This document shows, one piece after another, positions 44,465-57,089 of a stretch of 64,000 nt of DNA (positions are counted from its first letter, which is position 1; each line of letters begins with the position of its first letter). Made by a program: the position numbers and the translations under genes. The stretch lies in contig OZ024747.1 of assembly GCA_964016885.1 (NCBI GenBank), positions 21,142,001 to 21,206,000 of the forward strand, read 5' to 3'. Source of the stretch: Eledone cirrhosa. Taxonomy: Eukaryota. Below the pieces are notes generated by a model that was not told the DNA's origin, ran no database searches, and saw only the letters and a program-made list of their open reading frames with translations.

Positions 44465-44604
44465 CCAAATTAGTGTGGTAGAGACGAGTACACATGTTGT
44501 TGAGGTGTTTAACTTTGTCAATACTCTGATATGCCCAGTTCCTGGTTGGGTTGTTGTTTCTATGAGAAACTGGAAAAATATATATATATATATAATATAT
44601 ATTT

Positions 44605-45100
44605 AATACATTAAAAGAGAAAGCTTTAAGCGATACTCTGACCAACTCCATCTCACTCAACAAACATTAGGATATACCTAAGTATAATCCCAATTTAGTG
44701 TTTGGGGTGCTAACTATACAATATTCCGTGGATAGCTGGTTGTATTATTTTACATGAGACATAATTAAATAAATCTCTCTTTCCTTCCATACGATTGTTT
44801 CGTTATAAGATTTCTACAATTTGGGATAAATAATGTCCAGGTTATGTAGAAACTTGTATATAATCCATAGATATACACACAAGCGGGCCCTTATAACTCA
44901 TCAGTGGATGCCCATGCAATATCGATATTAATAATTAGTGATGGTCTCCGTCAGTTCTAGAAGGACTGCTAAATTTGAAAAGCCAGTAGTCCTTCAAAAA
45001 GAAAATTCACGTTGTCCCCAAAAAGGAAAGGGGAGGTCATCGTAAAATATAAAATAATATACACGCTGTTCATTGAAGCCTGTTAGGTATTTTAACCATA
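44605..45100 (-). mobile_element. pLTR-like element family W with large-stem-II hammerhead
   Basis: Diverged homologue of 48014-48352; flanked by (TA)n. Confidence 0.75.
44786..44908 (-). ncRNA. Type I hammerhead with branched stem II
   Basis: TCCA-CTGATGA-GTTATAAG...CTTATAAC-GAAA-CAATCG-TA-TGGA. Confidence 0.8.
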
Positions 45101-45250
45101 TTTTATATATAATATATATATAATATATATATATATATAGATACATACAAGCCTAGTGAGAAAGACAGTAACTTGCATGTACATATATATATAACAGATC
45201 TACTCTCAGATCTTACTTATGTTATTGACCTATATTATTGTACAAACATT

Positions 45251-45440
45251 GGCGGTGGATTGGCAGTATCGGTAGAGGGTTGGACGCCATGCTTTCTAGC
45301 ATAGTTACGTCCCTTTACAATCTGAGTTCAAATCCCGCCGAGGTTAACTTTGCCTTTCATCCTTACGGGGTCGATAAAATAAAGTACCAGTAATGCACTG
45401 GTTAATTGCTGGCCTTGTGCCTAAAGTAGAAACAATTATT
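45251..45440 (+). mobile_element. Full-length Meta-type tRNA SINE with TSD
   Basis: tRNA-like head, GAGTTCAAATCCC B box, GCCTTTCATCCTTACGGGGTCGATAAA central domain; ATTATTGTACAAACA duplicated at 45234-45248 and 45435-45449. Confidence 0.9.
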
Positions 45441-45502
45441 GTACAAACACACATATGTGGATACTTTTGTCTAGACAATTACTTACCTTTAAATTATTGT
45501 AT

Positions 45503-45550
<48 letters not shown>

Positions 45551-45954
45551 ATGAAGGAAGTATGGTAAGGAACCAGATGGACCATAACACACCAGAGTAC
45601 TCAATACTTAGGGTAGTAGAGTGGGTAATAGGAAAATGAGCAGCGATTCTTTGCTTAAACTTAATACATATATGCATATATATATATATATATATATAAA
45701 TATATATATATATATTCATAACTCACTCAACAGTATTAAAAATAGTTTGTTTATCGTGGATGGTTGATATAGCTTAAATTAATGGAAAGAAGTGTCAGTG
45801 ACACTTTTGTGTAATGGTAGCATGGCTGTGAGATTGAGTCCCACGAGTGAAGCTGTCCACTTTTACTATCCAGGGGTTTATACGCATAACTTTTTCCTAA
45901 ACAAAAACGTGCATTGAAGCCGTTAACTATACATTAACATTAATACAATATCTT

Positions 45955-46857
45955 TATAGATATATTAATGTTAATTCAAACCACCCCCAAAACATCACTG
46001 ATAACCTAGTAAAAAGCGTCTCTATTAGAATATCTGGCCTCTCCGCCAACAAAGATATTTTTAACGCATCTGCCTCCTACTACAATGACGCCCTCGCCCG
46101 CAGCGGATTTAAAGAAAAGATAACCTACCTAGAAACCACCGCAATATTGCAGAGGAATAGACATAGGCAGATTAGCTGGTACAACCCTCCCTTCAATAGA
46201 GAGGTCTCTACACCGATAGCTAGGATTTTCTTCACTTTGCTGAAATTACACTTCCCCATACAACATAGGTACCACACCATCTTTAATAAGAACACAATAA
46301 GACTCTCCTACTCCACCACACCTAACCTAGCTAGTAATATAGCCAACCACAATTCTAAAAAATTAAATAAGCCAACCACCTCCGAACCCAATCCCCGGAC
46401 TGGGGCTCTGTGTAATTGCCTAAATAAGGAAGCATGCCCACTTGAAAACAAATGCCTCACAAATGATATCGTATACAAATGCGATGTCATCTCAGGCACC
46501 GATGATTGCAAAAAAACTTACATCGGCATGACCTCCAACAACTTTAAGACCCGTTGGTATGCCCATACCCACTCCTTCAGAAGACCGGACAAATCAAACC
46601 AGACAACACTCGCCTCCTATGTTTGGGACCTCAACAGGAACTCCACCCCCTTCACGCTTAAATGGAAAATACTCCAGAAAGCGCACTCTTACAACGGAGG
46701 ACACAAGGGCTGCGACCTTTGTATCTCAGAGAGCTACGAAATTTTATTCGCCAAGGGCCCGCTACTGAACAAACTCTCTGAACACTGCCCAAACTGCATG
46801 CACAAGTACTTTGCAACTTTCAAATACTTTAAGCCAGTGTTAAAGCCCGATGGCTAA
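45955..46857 (+). CDS. 5'-truncated PLE ORF (RT thumb + GIY-YIG endonuclease), Nematis-like
   Basis: Frame is open upstream of the listed start ([12 protein letters not shown]...ALARSG); WYNPPF, CNC..CPL, IVYKC...[17 protein letters not shown] motifs; clade label from recall. Confidence 0.88.
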   Translation, partial: YRYINVNSNHPQNITDNLVKSVSIRISGLSANKDIFNASASYYNDALARSGFKEKITYLETTAILQRNRHRQISWYNPPFNREVSTPIARIFFTLLKLHFPIQHRYHTIFNKNTIRLSYSTTPNLASNIANHNSKKLNKPTTSEPNPRTGALCNCLNKEACPLENKCLTNDIVYKCDVISGTDDCKKTYIGMTSNNFKTRWYAHTHSFRRPDKSNQTTLASYVWDLNRNSTPFTLKWKILQKAHSYNGGHKGCDLCISESYEILFAKGPLLNKLSEHCPNCMHKYFATFKYFKPVLKPDG

Positions 46858-47101
46858 AAACGACCTCCTCCTATTGGCCCCTATACCTCCTTCCCACCCT
46901 ACCCCCACCCCTCCTCAACCTGAAATACGGCCACTATGGTTATATGAGTACCTCTTACCTATCTGCATTTTCTGCCTGTAGAGCTGTTTTTATGTGCCTG
47001 TGTATATGCGTATATTTATTGAGTACTTATTTATTTGTATGTGTATATATATTTGTGTGTATGTGTGTATATGTATGTGTATGTATATGTATGTGTATGT
47101 A

Positions 47102-47134
<33 letters not shown>

Positions 47135-47153
47135 GTGTATGTATATATATATA

Positions 47154-47196
<43 letters not shown>

Positions 47197-47213
47197 ATGT
47201 GTGTGTGTGTGTA

Positions 47214-47268
<55 letters not shown>

Positions 47269-47374
47269 ATTTGTGTGTATGTGTTTGTGTGGTTCTCTCT
47301 CTGTGTGTGTATTTATTTATTTATTTATTTATTATTTATATATATGTGTGTGTGTATATATGTGTGTGTGTGTG

Positions 47375-47409
<35 letters not shown>

Positions 47410-47470
47410 ATGTATGTGTGTGTGTGTATATGTCTATATATATATATATATATATGTATATGTGTATGTG

Positions 47471-47511
<41 letters not shown>

Positions 47512-47526
47512 ATATATATGTGTGTG

Positions 47527-47647
<121 letters not shown>

Positions 47648-47757
47648 GTGTGTATATATGTATGTGTACGTGTGTATATGTGTGTATATATGTGTGTGTA
47701 TATATTTGTGTGTATATATGTGTGTATATGTGTATATATATATGTTTATGTATGTGT

Positions 47758-47843
<86 letters not shown>

Positions 47844-47971
47844 TTATATATATATATATTTATATATATATATATATATATTTATTTATTTATGTATACG
47901 TGTTTGTATGTGGGTACGTATGTGTATGTATATTTGTGTGTATATATATATATATGTATGTGTATATATAT

Positions 47972-48013
<42 letters not shown>

Positions 48014-48018
<5 letters not shown>

Positions 48019-48352
48019 CAATATCGGAGAAAGCTTTTTAGCGATACTCCGGCCAAATTCCAACTCACTCAACAAACATTAGGAAATATGTGATTATATT
48101 CCCAATTATGTGTTCGGGGTGCTAACTAAAAGTATTGCGGGGAAAATTGGCTGTATTATTTCATATGAGACATATCTAATATATCTCTTCCCAGACGGAC
48201 GTCTCATTTCATTATAGGATTCCTACAATTTGGGTGAAATTATACCAATTTATGTAGGAGCTTGTATACCATCAATAGATATATATTCAAGTGGGCTCCT
48301 ATAATTCATCAGTGGGTGCCCCAATAATACTAATATTGATAATGTAACCAAC
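48014..48352 (-). mobile_element. Family W element inserted in a TA/TG tract
   Basis: Homologous to 44605-44940. Confidence 0.78.
48190..48316 (-). ncRNA. Type I hammerhead with branched stem II
   Basis: CCCA-CTGATGA-ATTATAGG...CCTATAAT-GAAA-TGAGACGTCCG-TC-TGGG. Confidence 0.8.
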
Positions 48353-48389
48353 ATATATATATATATATATGTATATGTGTATGTGTGTA

Positions 48390-48561
<172 letters not shown>

Positions 48562-48584
48562 GTGTATGTGTGTATATATATATA

Positions 48585-48617
<33 letters not shown>

Positions 48618-48628
48618 GTGTGTATGTA

Positions 48629-48661
<33 letters not shown>

Positions 48662-49191
48662 CTATATATATATGTGTGTATATATATGTGTATATATATG
48701 TATATGTGTATGTGTGTGTGTTTATGGGTGCACGCGAGTGTGTGAGTGTGTTTGTGAATGTGTCTGTTGGTTTTTGGCATATAGTTGAATAGTTTAAGAG
48801 AAATTTGAAGATATGATATGCACTCAATATTTTGAATTTGTCTACAGAATTCTCTAAACCTTTGTCACTTAGTAGAACCTTAAAGAATTTAGCTTTTAAA
48901 GAATCTCCCTTTCCTTTAAATCTATCAACCATGACTGACCCCCACTGATCTTATAGACACCTGTTAGCTTAAGAGAAACTTAATAATAAGGAGTGGCACC
49001 CCATCCTGAACCTGTTTATAGAATTCTTTCTGCCTTTGTTACTCTAAAAATAAAAATAAACTATAGCTTTGTAGAATTAGCTTTTAATGAATTCCCTTTT
49101 CTATCAACCAATGACCTACACCCATCTCACTCCCCTCCCTCTCCTACCACTTGAAGAGACCTATAAATACCATACTTATTTTTTGATACCC

Positions 49192-49242
49192 AGATTCCTG
49201 ATGATTTCTAAAGAATGAAACAGTTCTAGTCCTGTAGAATCT
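49192..49242 (+). ncRNA. Type I hammerhead ribozyme
   Basis: AGATTC-CTGATGA-TTTCTAAAGAAT-GAAA-CAG-TTCTAGTC-CTG-TA-GAATCT. Confidence 0.82.
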
Positions 49243-49269
49243 CATCTATATTAAAACTATATAAATATA

Positions 49270-49449
49270 TATATAGTAATAATAATAAAATTGAAGACTA
49301 AAATCCAAAGAGGGCTCGATAAGGAAAATATATATCAAATATATAAGAACCGCAGAGCAAATATTTATTAAAATAACAGATTAAAGTTTAAGCAAAGAAT
49401 CGCTGCTTTCACCCTTAACGGGATCTTCTGAAACTGTTATTTTAATAAA

Positions 49450-49451
<2 letters not shown>
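49270..49451 (-). mobile_element. HHR element family Y (hammerhead at 49385-49435, CAGAAGA core)
   Basis: AGTTT-CAGAAGA-TCCCGTTAAGGGT-GAAA-GCA..TGC-TT-AAACT, with an additional 18-bp flanking inverted repeat. Confidence 0.8.
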
Positions 49452-49480
<29 letters not shown>

Positions 49481-49808
49481 TTATAATAAATATATATATT
49501 ATATAATATTTATGTATAGACTGATATATGTAAGAACAGTGTTATCTGAGCATATTTTATGTTTGTGTATGTGTGCATGCGTTTCTGTACAAAAGTGTTT
49601 TTGTGTTTGTATGTGTGTATGTGTGTATGTGTGAGTGTGTGTGTGTATGTGTTTATGTGTGTAATATATATATATATATATACATACATGAAGAGAGAGG
49701 ATAAGATTCCAATTTGACAGCTCACTAAATTTCATTTACGGATGATGTTTTAGCATTCTAAATTGTATTGATGAATTCAGTGTGCACACACATGATTAAT
49801 GATGCGTG

Positions 49809-49873
<65 letters not shown>

Positions 49874-50689
49874 CCCTCTCTCCCTCTACCTCTATCTCTC
49901 TCTAACCCTCACCCTCTCTCTCTCTCTTTATATATATACATATATATATAATATTGTATAGTGCTAAAATGTATCCAGTCCATTCTTTAAGGTGATAGTG
50001 CTGGTGCTATGATAAAATGCATCCAGTACAAGCTATAACGGGACTGGCGTTAGAAACGGCATCAAGCCTTAAAAACCCTGCCAAAATGGATTGTATGGGC
50101 AAAGTGCAGTCATCTGACCTGTCAAATCTCAGAACGTGACAACTCCTCTGAACCATGCTAGCATGGAAAATAGATGTAAAGCAGTGATGATGATATGGTA
50201 AACCATGTGACTTTCATTGATTTCACACACATATAATCACATATAAGCATACACACACACACATACACACATACATGTATGATGGTAGAAATGGCATCCA
50301 GTCATAGAAAACTTGCCAAACAAAGGGCAAAGAGGATTCTTCAGTTTTTTCATAGAGATGACAAATTTCATAGTGTTGACGTCATGACAAAATGCACTCA
50401 ATACACTCTATAAAATGTGGAAATCTCCGTGAAATGTAACCCATCTCAGAGTCAGTAGATATGATTAAATATAGATAGACATATATATAGAGATAGACAT
50501 ATATATATAGATAGACATATATATATAGATAGACATATATATATAGATAGACATATATATATAGATAGACATATATATATATATATATAGACATATATAT
50601 ATATATATATAGACATATATATAAATATGATTAAATATTGACCTGGTCTGAGATGACCTATCCAGCTCTCTCCCCCCTCTCTCTCTCTG

Positions 50690-50738
<49 letters not shown>

Positions 50739-51026
50739 AGATAGATAGATAACTTTCTATTTATTTGCCACCAGGGCATAAAAGATTGGGACAAATACAA
50801 GGGGGGGAAGTTTACATACATTTAAAGACGTGTAAAAAATAAAACAAATAAAATTCAAGAATCGAAGTCCTCAATAGGGAGGGGGAGTTGACGTGGGTCG
50901 CACACATACCCAAAATCTGTGCAACCCTCCTCCTAGGAGCACAAAGAGCAGGTGCTCCATTCATCTCCTCCTTCTCCTCCTAGATAGATAGATAGATAGA
51001 TGTGTGTGAGCCTGTATGTATGAATG

Positions 51027-51075
<49 letters not shown>

Positions 51076-51989
51076 AAGATAGACGTTAAACGATGATGAT
51101 GATATACATACAGAACCATTCATATACAAGCATAAAGTGGTATCATTGGCATGGTTAGAGTTTGTGCCATGCAACCTGAATGGACAATCTCCCTTTCTCT
51201 TTTAACTCTTTTCCCTCCTCTGAATTCCTTCTGGCTCCCAACTGATGTGTGTGTGTGTAGGGGTTTATTATTGTACTTGGTTATGTCACCCATTAATCCT
51301 CCTCTGCAGACTATAAAAAGGTTTTACATTATCATCATCCATATCATTATTTTTATCTCCATTTGGCATGGGTTGGACAGGTCGTGATGATCTGAGACCA
51401 TCTAGGTCAGAGTGACAACATCCTGCTCATACATTCCATATTTTGCTATGGTTTTTACAGCTGGATGCCCTTCCTTACCATAACCAATTACAGCAGACAA
51501 TGGGTACACTTTTTTCTTGGCACCAACACTACCACTTTACAGAGTGTACAGGGTGCATTGTTTCTTAGGAGATCACTACAACTTGATAATGCTCTGTGAT
51601 TATACATACAATATTCTTTTCTTTTATTGTACTATATTTCCTTCAAAGTAAGCTTCAGATCTAAAGATATTAATACAACACAATCTATGTTACAATTCCT
51701 CAGGTGTGGGAACAAGGCTACAAATGAGGTACTTGCCTAAACACATGACCAAATGTCCACGTGTCTCATGCAAGAGAAATATATGAATTATTGTGTAAGA
51801 ATATGTACATGTATAAACATGGTGTATGCTTTATGAGAGCACAACTTGAGTGTAAGTGTCTATGCAAGTCAGCACCAAAAGTAACTGCATGTGAGTGTGC
51901 AAAGAAATGCACCTGAAAATGAATGAAAATACAAGTATATAAAGTTATGGACTATAGTATGCATGCATCCATATTATGATAATCATAAA

Positions 51990-52772
51990 TTTAACCGTTT
52001 TGAAATCAACCTGTGCAAAACTACCACAATTTTATGATGACGAACCTCTTGTTTTGAAGTATCACTATTTAAGTTTTTAAAAATTAATGTTATGGAAGAA
52101 TATCTTTAAGATGTAATCTAAACTTCAACTTTTAAATATGGTTAATTATTTTAATAAATCCCTTTATATGGTTAATAATTTACAAAACTAACTGAAGAAT
52201 ATAGATGATGTATTTCATTAGAAATTTGGTAATGAAATGGTTGATTAATTATTTCTTCATTTTTTTCATTATTCAAGCATTATTTGTTATTCACATATTT
52301 TATTTGCTTGAGTGTGTTATACATATTTGTACTTGTGTGCAACAAAACATTATGTGTATGTAATTATAATCATATGCATGTACTATGTAATGAACATGCC
52401 ATCTATGTGGTTACAATTATGTAAAATTGTATTAAATGAATAATTTATTTGCCAGTGTATTGTGTTGCCAATTCTTGATCTGTGAGTGATATCTCCATTT
52501 TATTATCTCTTAATTTTAGATACTTTAAATTTTAACCGTTTTGGTACCAAGCAGTCTGAAACTACCACTTATTTCTATAATACAAAACTGTTTATTTTAA
52601 AGTGTTTATATTTATCTAAAACCCTTCCATTATAATTTTATCTAAACACATTTATGTTATGTTCCAGACATTAATGAGAAAGTTAGTTATATTATTAAAT
52701 CCCTAGATTATTTTCAAAAAATATTTAAAAACAGTAGTTTTCATTAGAAATATAATAACAAAAATATTAACA
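51990..52772. mobile_element. Two decayed TTAA-CC MITE copies (51990-52245, 52532-52772)
   Basis: Both start TTAACCGTTTTG and share AACTACCAC and TTTCATTAGAAAT blocks. Confidence 0.5.
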
Positions 52773-53298
52773 CTCATGAGAGTGATCTAATTTGTTCCAT
52801 GTTAACATTATGTTAATGCTTCGTTTGTAGTGAATAATCAGAGATTATGTTTTCTCTGCAATGCTATTTGTTGTTCTATGTCTCTAATTAAAATGGTTGG
52901 CTGGCGATTCAGACACCTATTATGCTTTGTTGAAACCAACAGTTTTAGCCTGTTTGATTCTCACTGACTTGAATATAGTATTTATATTCTGCTTTCAACA
53001 TTGAATACTTTTCTTCCATTCTTTTCCATTAATCTTTCTACACTTATTATTAACACTGTGTGTGTATATATATATATAGAGAGAGAGAGAGACATATAGA
53101 CATATATATATATATAGACATATATATAGACATATATATATATAGATAGACATATATATATAGATAGACATATATATATAGATAAACATATATATATAGA
53201 TAGACATATATATATATATATAGACATATATATAAATATATATATAGATAGACATATATATATATATATATAGATAGACATATATATATATATAGATA

Positions 53299-53415
<117 letters not shown>

Positions 53416-54442
53416 ATAGATAGAAAGACAGTAATACAAATTGCAGATTTTCCATCAGGGTTACCAATAGTTTCTCAACCAAGAAACAATCATCTGACCA
53501 TTTACTTATATATATACATACTTACATACACACACATTAATACATGCGCACATACATACATATTATATATATATATATATACATATATATAATATGTATG
53601 TATGTGCACATACACAAACGCATTAATACATACGCACATAGATATTATATATATATATATACACATACGCACATGCAAGTATATATACACACACATATAT
53701 ATATATACACACACACACGTCAATACATATATACATACATACATATATATATGTATATATATACATACATGCACGCACACACATATATATATACACACAC
53801 ACACATATATATATATACACACACACATATATATACATATATATATATATATGTGTGTGTGTGTGTACATATATACATACACACACATATGATCACATGC
53901 AGCTATAATAATAATAACCAAATCATTTTTATCAGAAATCACCTGAAGCTGATAATTATAACTGTTCAATAAATAACACAGTAAATCTATAGACTGCAAA
54001 AATCTTTATTGCAAAGTTGCCTATATCATATATATTCTCAGCATCCACTTATTTCCCATCATGCATCAGTCCTTGTTGATTACTGAGATCCCTCAAAGCA
54101 TAGGAAACTAATTGGCTTTCACCTTTTTTCTCTTCGTTATTATTTTGTTTGATTATTTGTTTGTTTGTTTTTTTTTGTTCTTTTTTGTTTTTGCTTCTTG
54201 TTGTTTTGTCTGGACTGTGAGTGTGTGTATATTTTTTGAAAGCAGGGAAAAGTGAATGTAAAATGATGATGATGATATATATATATATATAAATATATAA
54301 CCAAAGATTAGTATGGTTCGTTGATTACTTAATGAATACAATTTTACAATAGATTAGAAGCACTCAACAGTGAGTTTTCCTGGAGTTTTTAATATTATTC
54401 AAAATATTAACAAATGAAAAATATTCTTATAATCAAAATATA

Positions 54443-54508
54443 TACTTTATTATATATATTTCAAGGGTACTGTGTTGTTTTTTCAGTACGTCCTCATCAG
54501 ATAAAATA
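54443..54508 (-). ncRNA. Minimal type I hammerhead (family V)
   Basis: TATTTTAT-CTGATGA-GGACGTACTG..CAGTACCCTT-GAAA-TATATA-TA-ATAAAGTA. Confidence 0.78.
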
Positions 54509-54612
54509 TATGATTTGATATATGACATACCACTCCGGTCTTGATTATACAATTCCAGTATTGACTGGAATTGTATAATCAAAACCGTAGCGGTATGTCA
54601 TATATCAAATCA

Positions 54613-54678
54613 TATTTTGTCTGATGAGGACGTACTGAAAAAATAACACAGTACCTTTGAAATATATATAATAAAATG
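54613..54678 (+). ncRNA. Minimal type I hammerhead (family V)
   Basis: TATTTTGT-CTGATGA-GGACGTACTG..CAGTACCTTT-GAAA-TATATA-TA-ATAAAATG. Confidence 0.78.
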
Positions 54679-54740
54679 TATATTTTGATTATAAGAATAT
54701 TTTTCATTTGTTAATATTTTATATATATATATATATATAT

Positions 54741-55005
54741 TTCATTTCTGAATTTGTTTAGCAAGATTCTTTATCTGAAAACGTGTGTTCAAACCGATAT
54801 TGTTATACTTTGGGAGGGTCATGTTGCCAATGTGTGACGAAAGAACTTTGACAATATATAGACAATCATCTGGTTGTGGAACCAACCAACTAACTGGAAA
54901 TTTATAAATTCCTAAATTTATAAATTTATTATAATAAATTGAAGTGAAAGCAACTGGTGCGTGTCTTTCTTATTGGCAACATGACCCTCCCAAAGTATAA
55001 CAATA
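54741..55005. mobile_element. Short head-to-head pLTR remnant related to the 21-24 kb PLE
   Basis: TGACCCTCCCAAAGTATAACAATAT on both strands; resembles 24511-24572. Confidence 0.78.
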
Positions 55006-55070
55006 TATATATATATATATTTATATATATAAATATATATATATTTATATATATAAATATATATATATTT

Positions 55071-55105
<35 letters not shown>

Positions 55106-55108
55106 ATT

Positions 55109-55140
<32 letters not shown>

Positions 55141-55141
<1 letters not shown>

Positions 55142-55346
55142 ACGAAGGAAATGTGTAAGGAACCAGGTGGACCATAACGCACCAAAGTACTCAATACTTA
55201 GGGTAGTAGAGTGGGTAATAGGAACGAGTAGGACCCCGACGGCTGAACTCAAGCCGTTTCGACGGCTAATTCTGGACTAAAATTTAGTCCAGAATTAGCC
55301 GTCGAAACGGCTTGAGCTCAGCCGTCGGGGTCCTACTCGTTCCTAT
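55141..55346. mobile_element. Fold-back element family Z with 3' half of a hammerhead
   Basis: 55141-55225 matches 45550-45635; palindrome 55218-55346 contains GAAA-CGGCT..AGCCG-TC-GGGGTC. Confidence 0.72.
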
Positions 55347-55519
55347 ATATATATATTTATATATATAAATATATAGATATATATATAGATATATATATAT
55401 ATATAAGTTGTAATAAAATGAAAACGAAATTTCATTTCTCACTCTTAGTATGGCACTTACTTAAATGTAAGTATGTATGTATACGTACATACATATATGT
55501 ATACAGACGTACAGTAGCA

Positions 55520-55583
<64 letters not shown>

Positions 55584-55617
55584 CAGGTACACATACATAT
55601 ATGCACCAGAAGGGTAT

Positions 55618-55660
55618 ACGGTGCTGATGATAGCTAACAAGCTTGAAACTAGTACATCGT
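55618..55660 (+). ncRNA. Minimal type I hammerhead (family X)
   Basis: ACGGTG-CTGATGA-TAGCTAACAAGCTT-GAAA-CTAG-TA-CATCGT. Confidence 0.85.
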
Positions 55661-55808
55661 TCCTGTGTCAGTGTTGAACAAAAAGGTGACGTGGTTGCCT
55701 TAACACCGTACGGCATAAATTCAGGCTGTTCAGTTTGTTTACAAACGAACAAAGCGGGCGTTATAATAAGCGTCCGCTAAACTGATACGTGCATATATGT
55801 ATGTGTAC

Positions 55809-55853
<45 letters not shown>

Positions 55854-56089
55854 TGCTACTGTACGTCTGTATACATATATGTATGTACGTATACATACAT
55901 ACTTACATTTAAGTAAGTGCCGTACTAAGAGTGAGAAATGAAATTTCGTTTTCATTTTATTACAACTTATCGTTTTCGGTACGCCTGGCCGTCTGAACTC
56001 ACTCGATATGCAAATTAGGCTGCTCAGCCGTTAATTTTCATAAGGAAAGTATATACTTTCGAACGTTCAACCATCTGGCAGAAGGGTAT

Positions 56090-56132
56090 ACGGTGCTGAT
56101 GATAGCTAACAAGCTTGAAACTAGTACATCGT
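56090..56132 (+). ncRNA. Minimal type I hammerhead (family X, second unit)
   Basis: Identical to 55618-55660. Confidence 0.85.
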
Positions 56133-56300
56133 TCCTGTGTCAGTGTTGAACAAAAAGGTGACGTGGTTGCCTTAACACCGTACGGCATAAATTCAGGCTG
56201 TTCAGTTTGTTTACAAACGAACAAAGCGGGCGTTATAATAAGCGTCCGCTAAACTGATACGTGCATATATGTATGTGTACCTGTATGTATATATATATAT

Positions 56301-57089
56301 ATGATCATTAACATTAATCCTCCTAGTAAAAATCACGATACAACCTATAAAAATAATAAAAATAATAAACAACATAGAAACCGTAATAGACGGGTTACTT
56401 GGTATAATGCTCCATTTAATTTACAAATTAAGGATAATATTGCTAAAAAATTTTTTTATATCCTAGAGAAAAACTTCCCGCCAAACCACAAATACCATCA
56501 AATCTTAAATAGGTCTACAGTTAAATTCTCATACTCTACAACAAATAACATAAAACAAAATATAAGTGCCTATAATGCATATAAATGTAAGAAAACCATA
56601 AGTATACCACCAGTACATCAAATTAACCATAATATCTCCTCAAATACAGAATTAACGAAAGGTTGTAACTGTAGAAACAAAGCAAACTGCCCATTAAAAG
56701 GGAATTGTCTTGTTAACAACATAGTCTATAAATGTAATGTTAAAACTAAAGATTCTATTTGCTCATATATAGGAGCTACCTCTAACAATTTTAAGACAAG
56801 GTTTAATACCCACAAGCATAGTTTTAAAAATGCCGCACTGGCTAATACAACATCTCTAGCAGAAAAAATCAATAGTTATAAAAATAAGAATATAGAATAT
56901 GATTTGACCTGGAGTGTGCTCAAAAGAGCCACCCCTTATCAAAATAATAGAAATGAATGTAGATTATGTTCCCAAGAACTATTTGAAATAATGAAATCTA
57001 AGGATATCCTATTAAATAAACGACAGGAATTAATTATATCGTGTAATCATAAACTAAAAAAAACATTTAAATATTATAAACCTAATTAA
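56301..57089 (+). CDS. 5'-truncated PLE ORF (linker + GIY-YIG endonuclease), Nematis-like
   Basis: WYNAPF, CNCRNKANCPLKGNC, IVYKC...[31 protein letters not shown]; the start ATG is probably created at the junction. Confidence 0.88.
   Translation: MIININPPSKNHDTTYKNNKNNKQHRNRNRRVTWYNAPFNLQIKDNIAKKFFYILEKNFPPNHKYHQILNRSTVKFSYSTTNNIKQNISAYNAYKCKKTISIPPVHQINHNISSNTELTKGCNCRNKANCPLKGNCLVNNIVYKCNVKTKDSICSYIGATSNNFKTRFNTHKHSFKNAALANTTSLAEKINSYKNKNIEYDLTWSVLKRATPYQNNRNECRLCSQELFEIMKSKDILLNKRQELIISCNHKLKKTFKYYKPN

Larger units (their letters stand above)
54401..54720. mobile_element. Fold-back element family V (~158-bp arms) carrying two divergently oriented hammerheads
   Basis: Palindrome centred on CCAGT-ATTG-ACTGG near 54560. 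Confidence 0.85.
55403..56300 (+). mobile_element. Family X retrozyme-like array: inverted arm (55403-55606) plus ~1.5 tandem 472-nt units; resumes at 61234-61308
   Basis: CTGATGA at 55624 and 56096 in identical context; no credible ORF. Confidence 0.88.
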
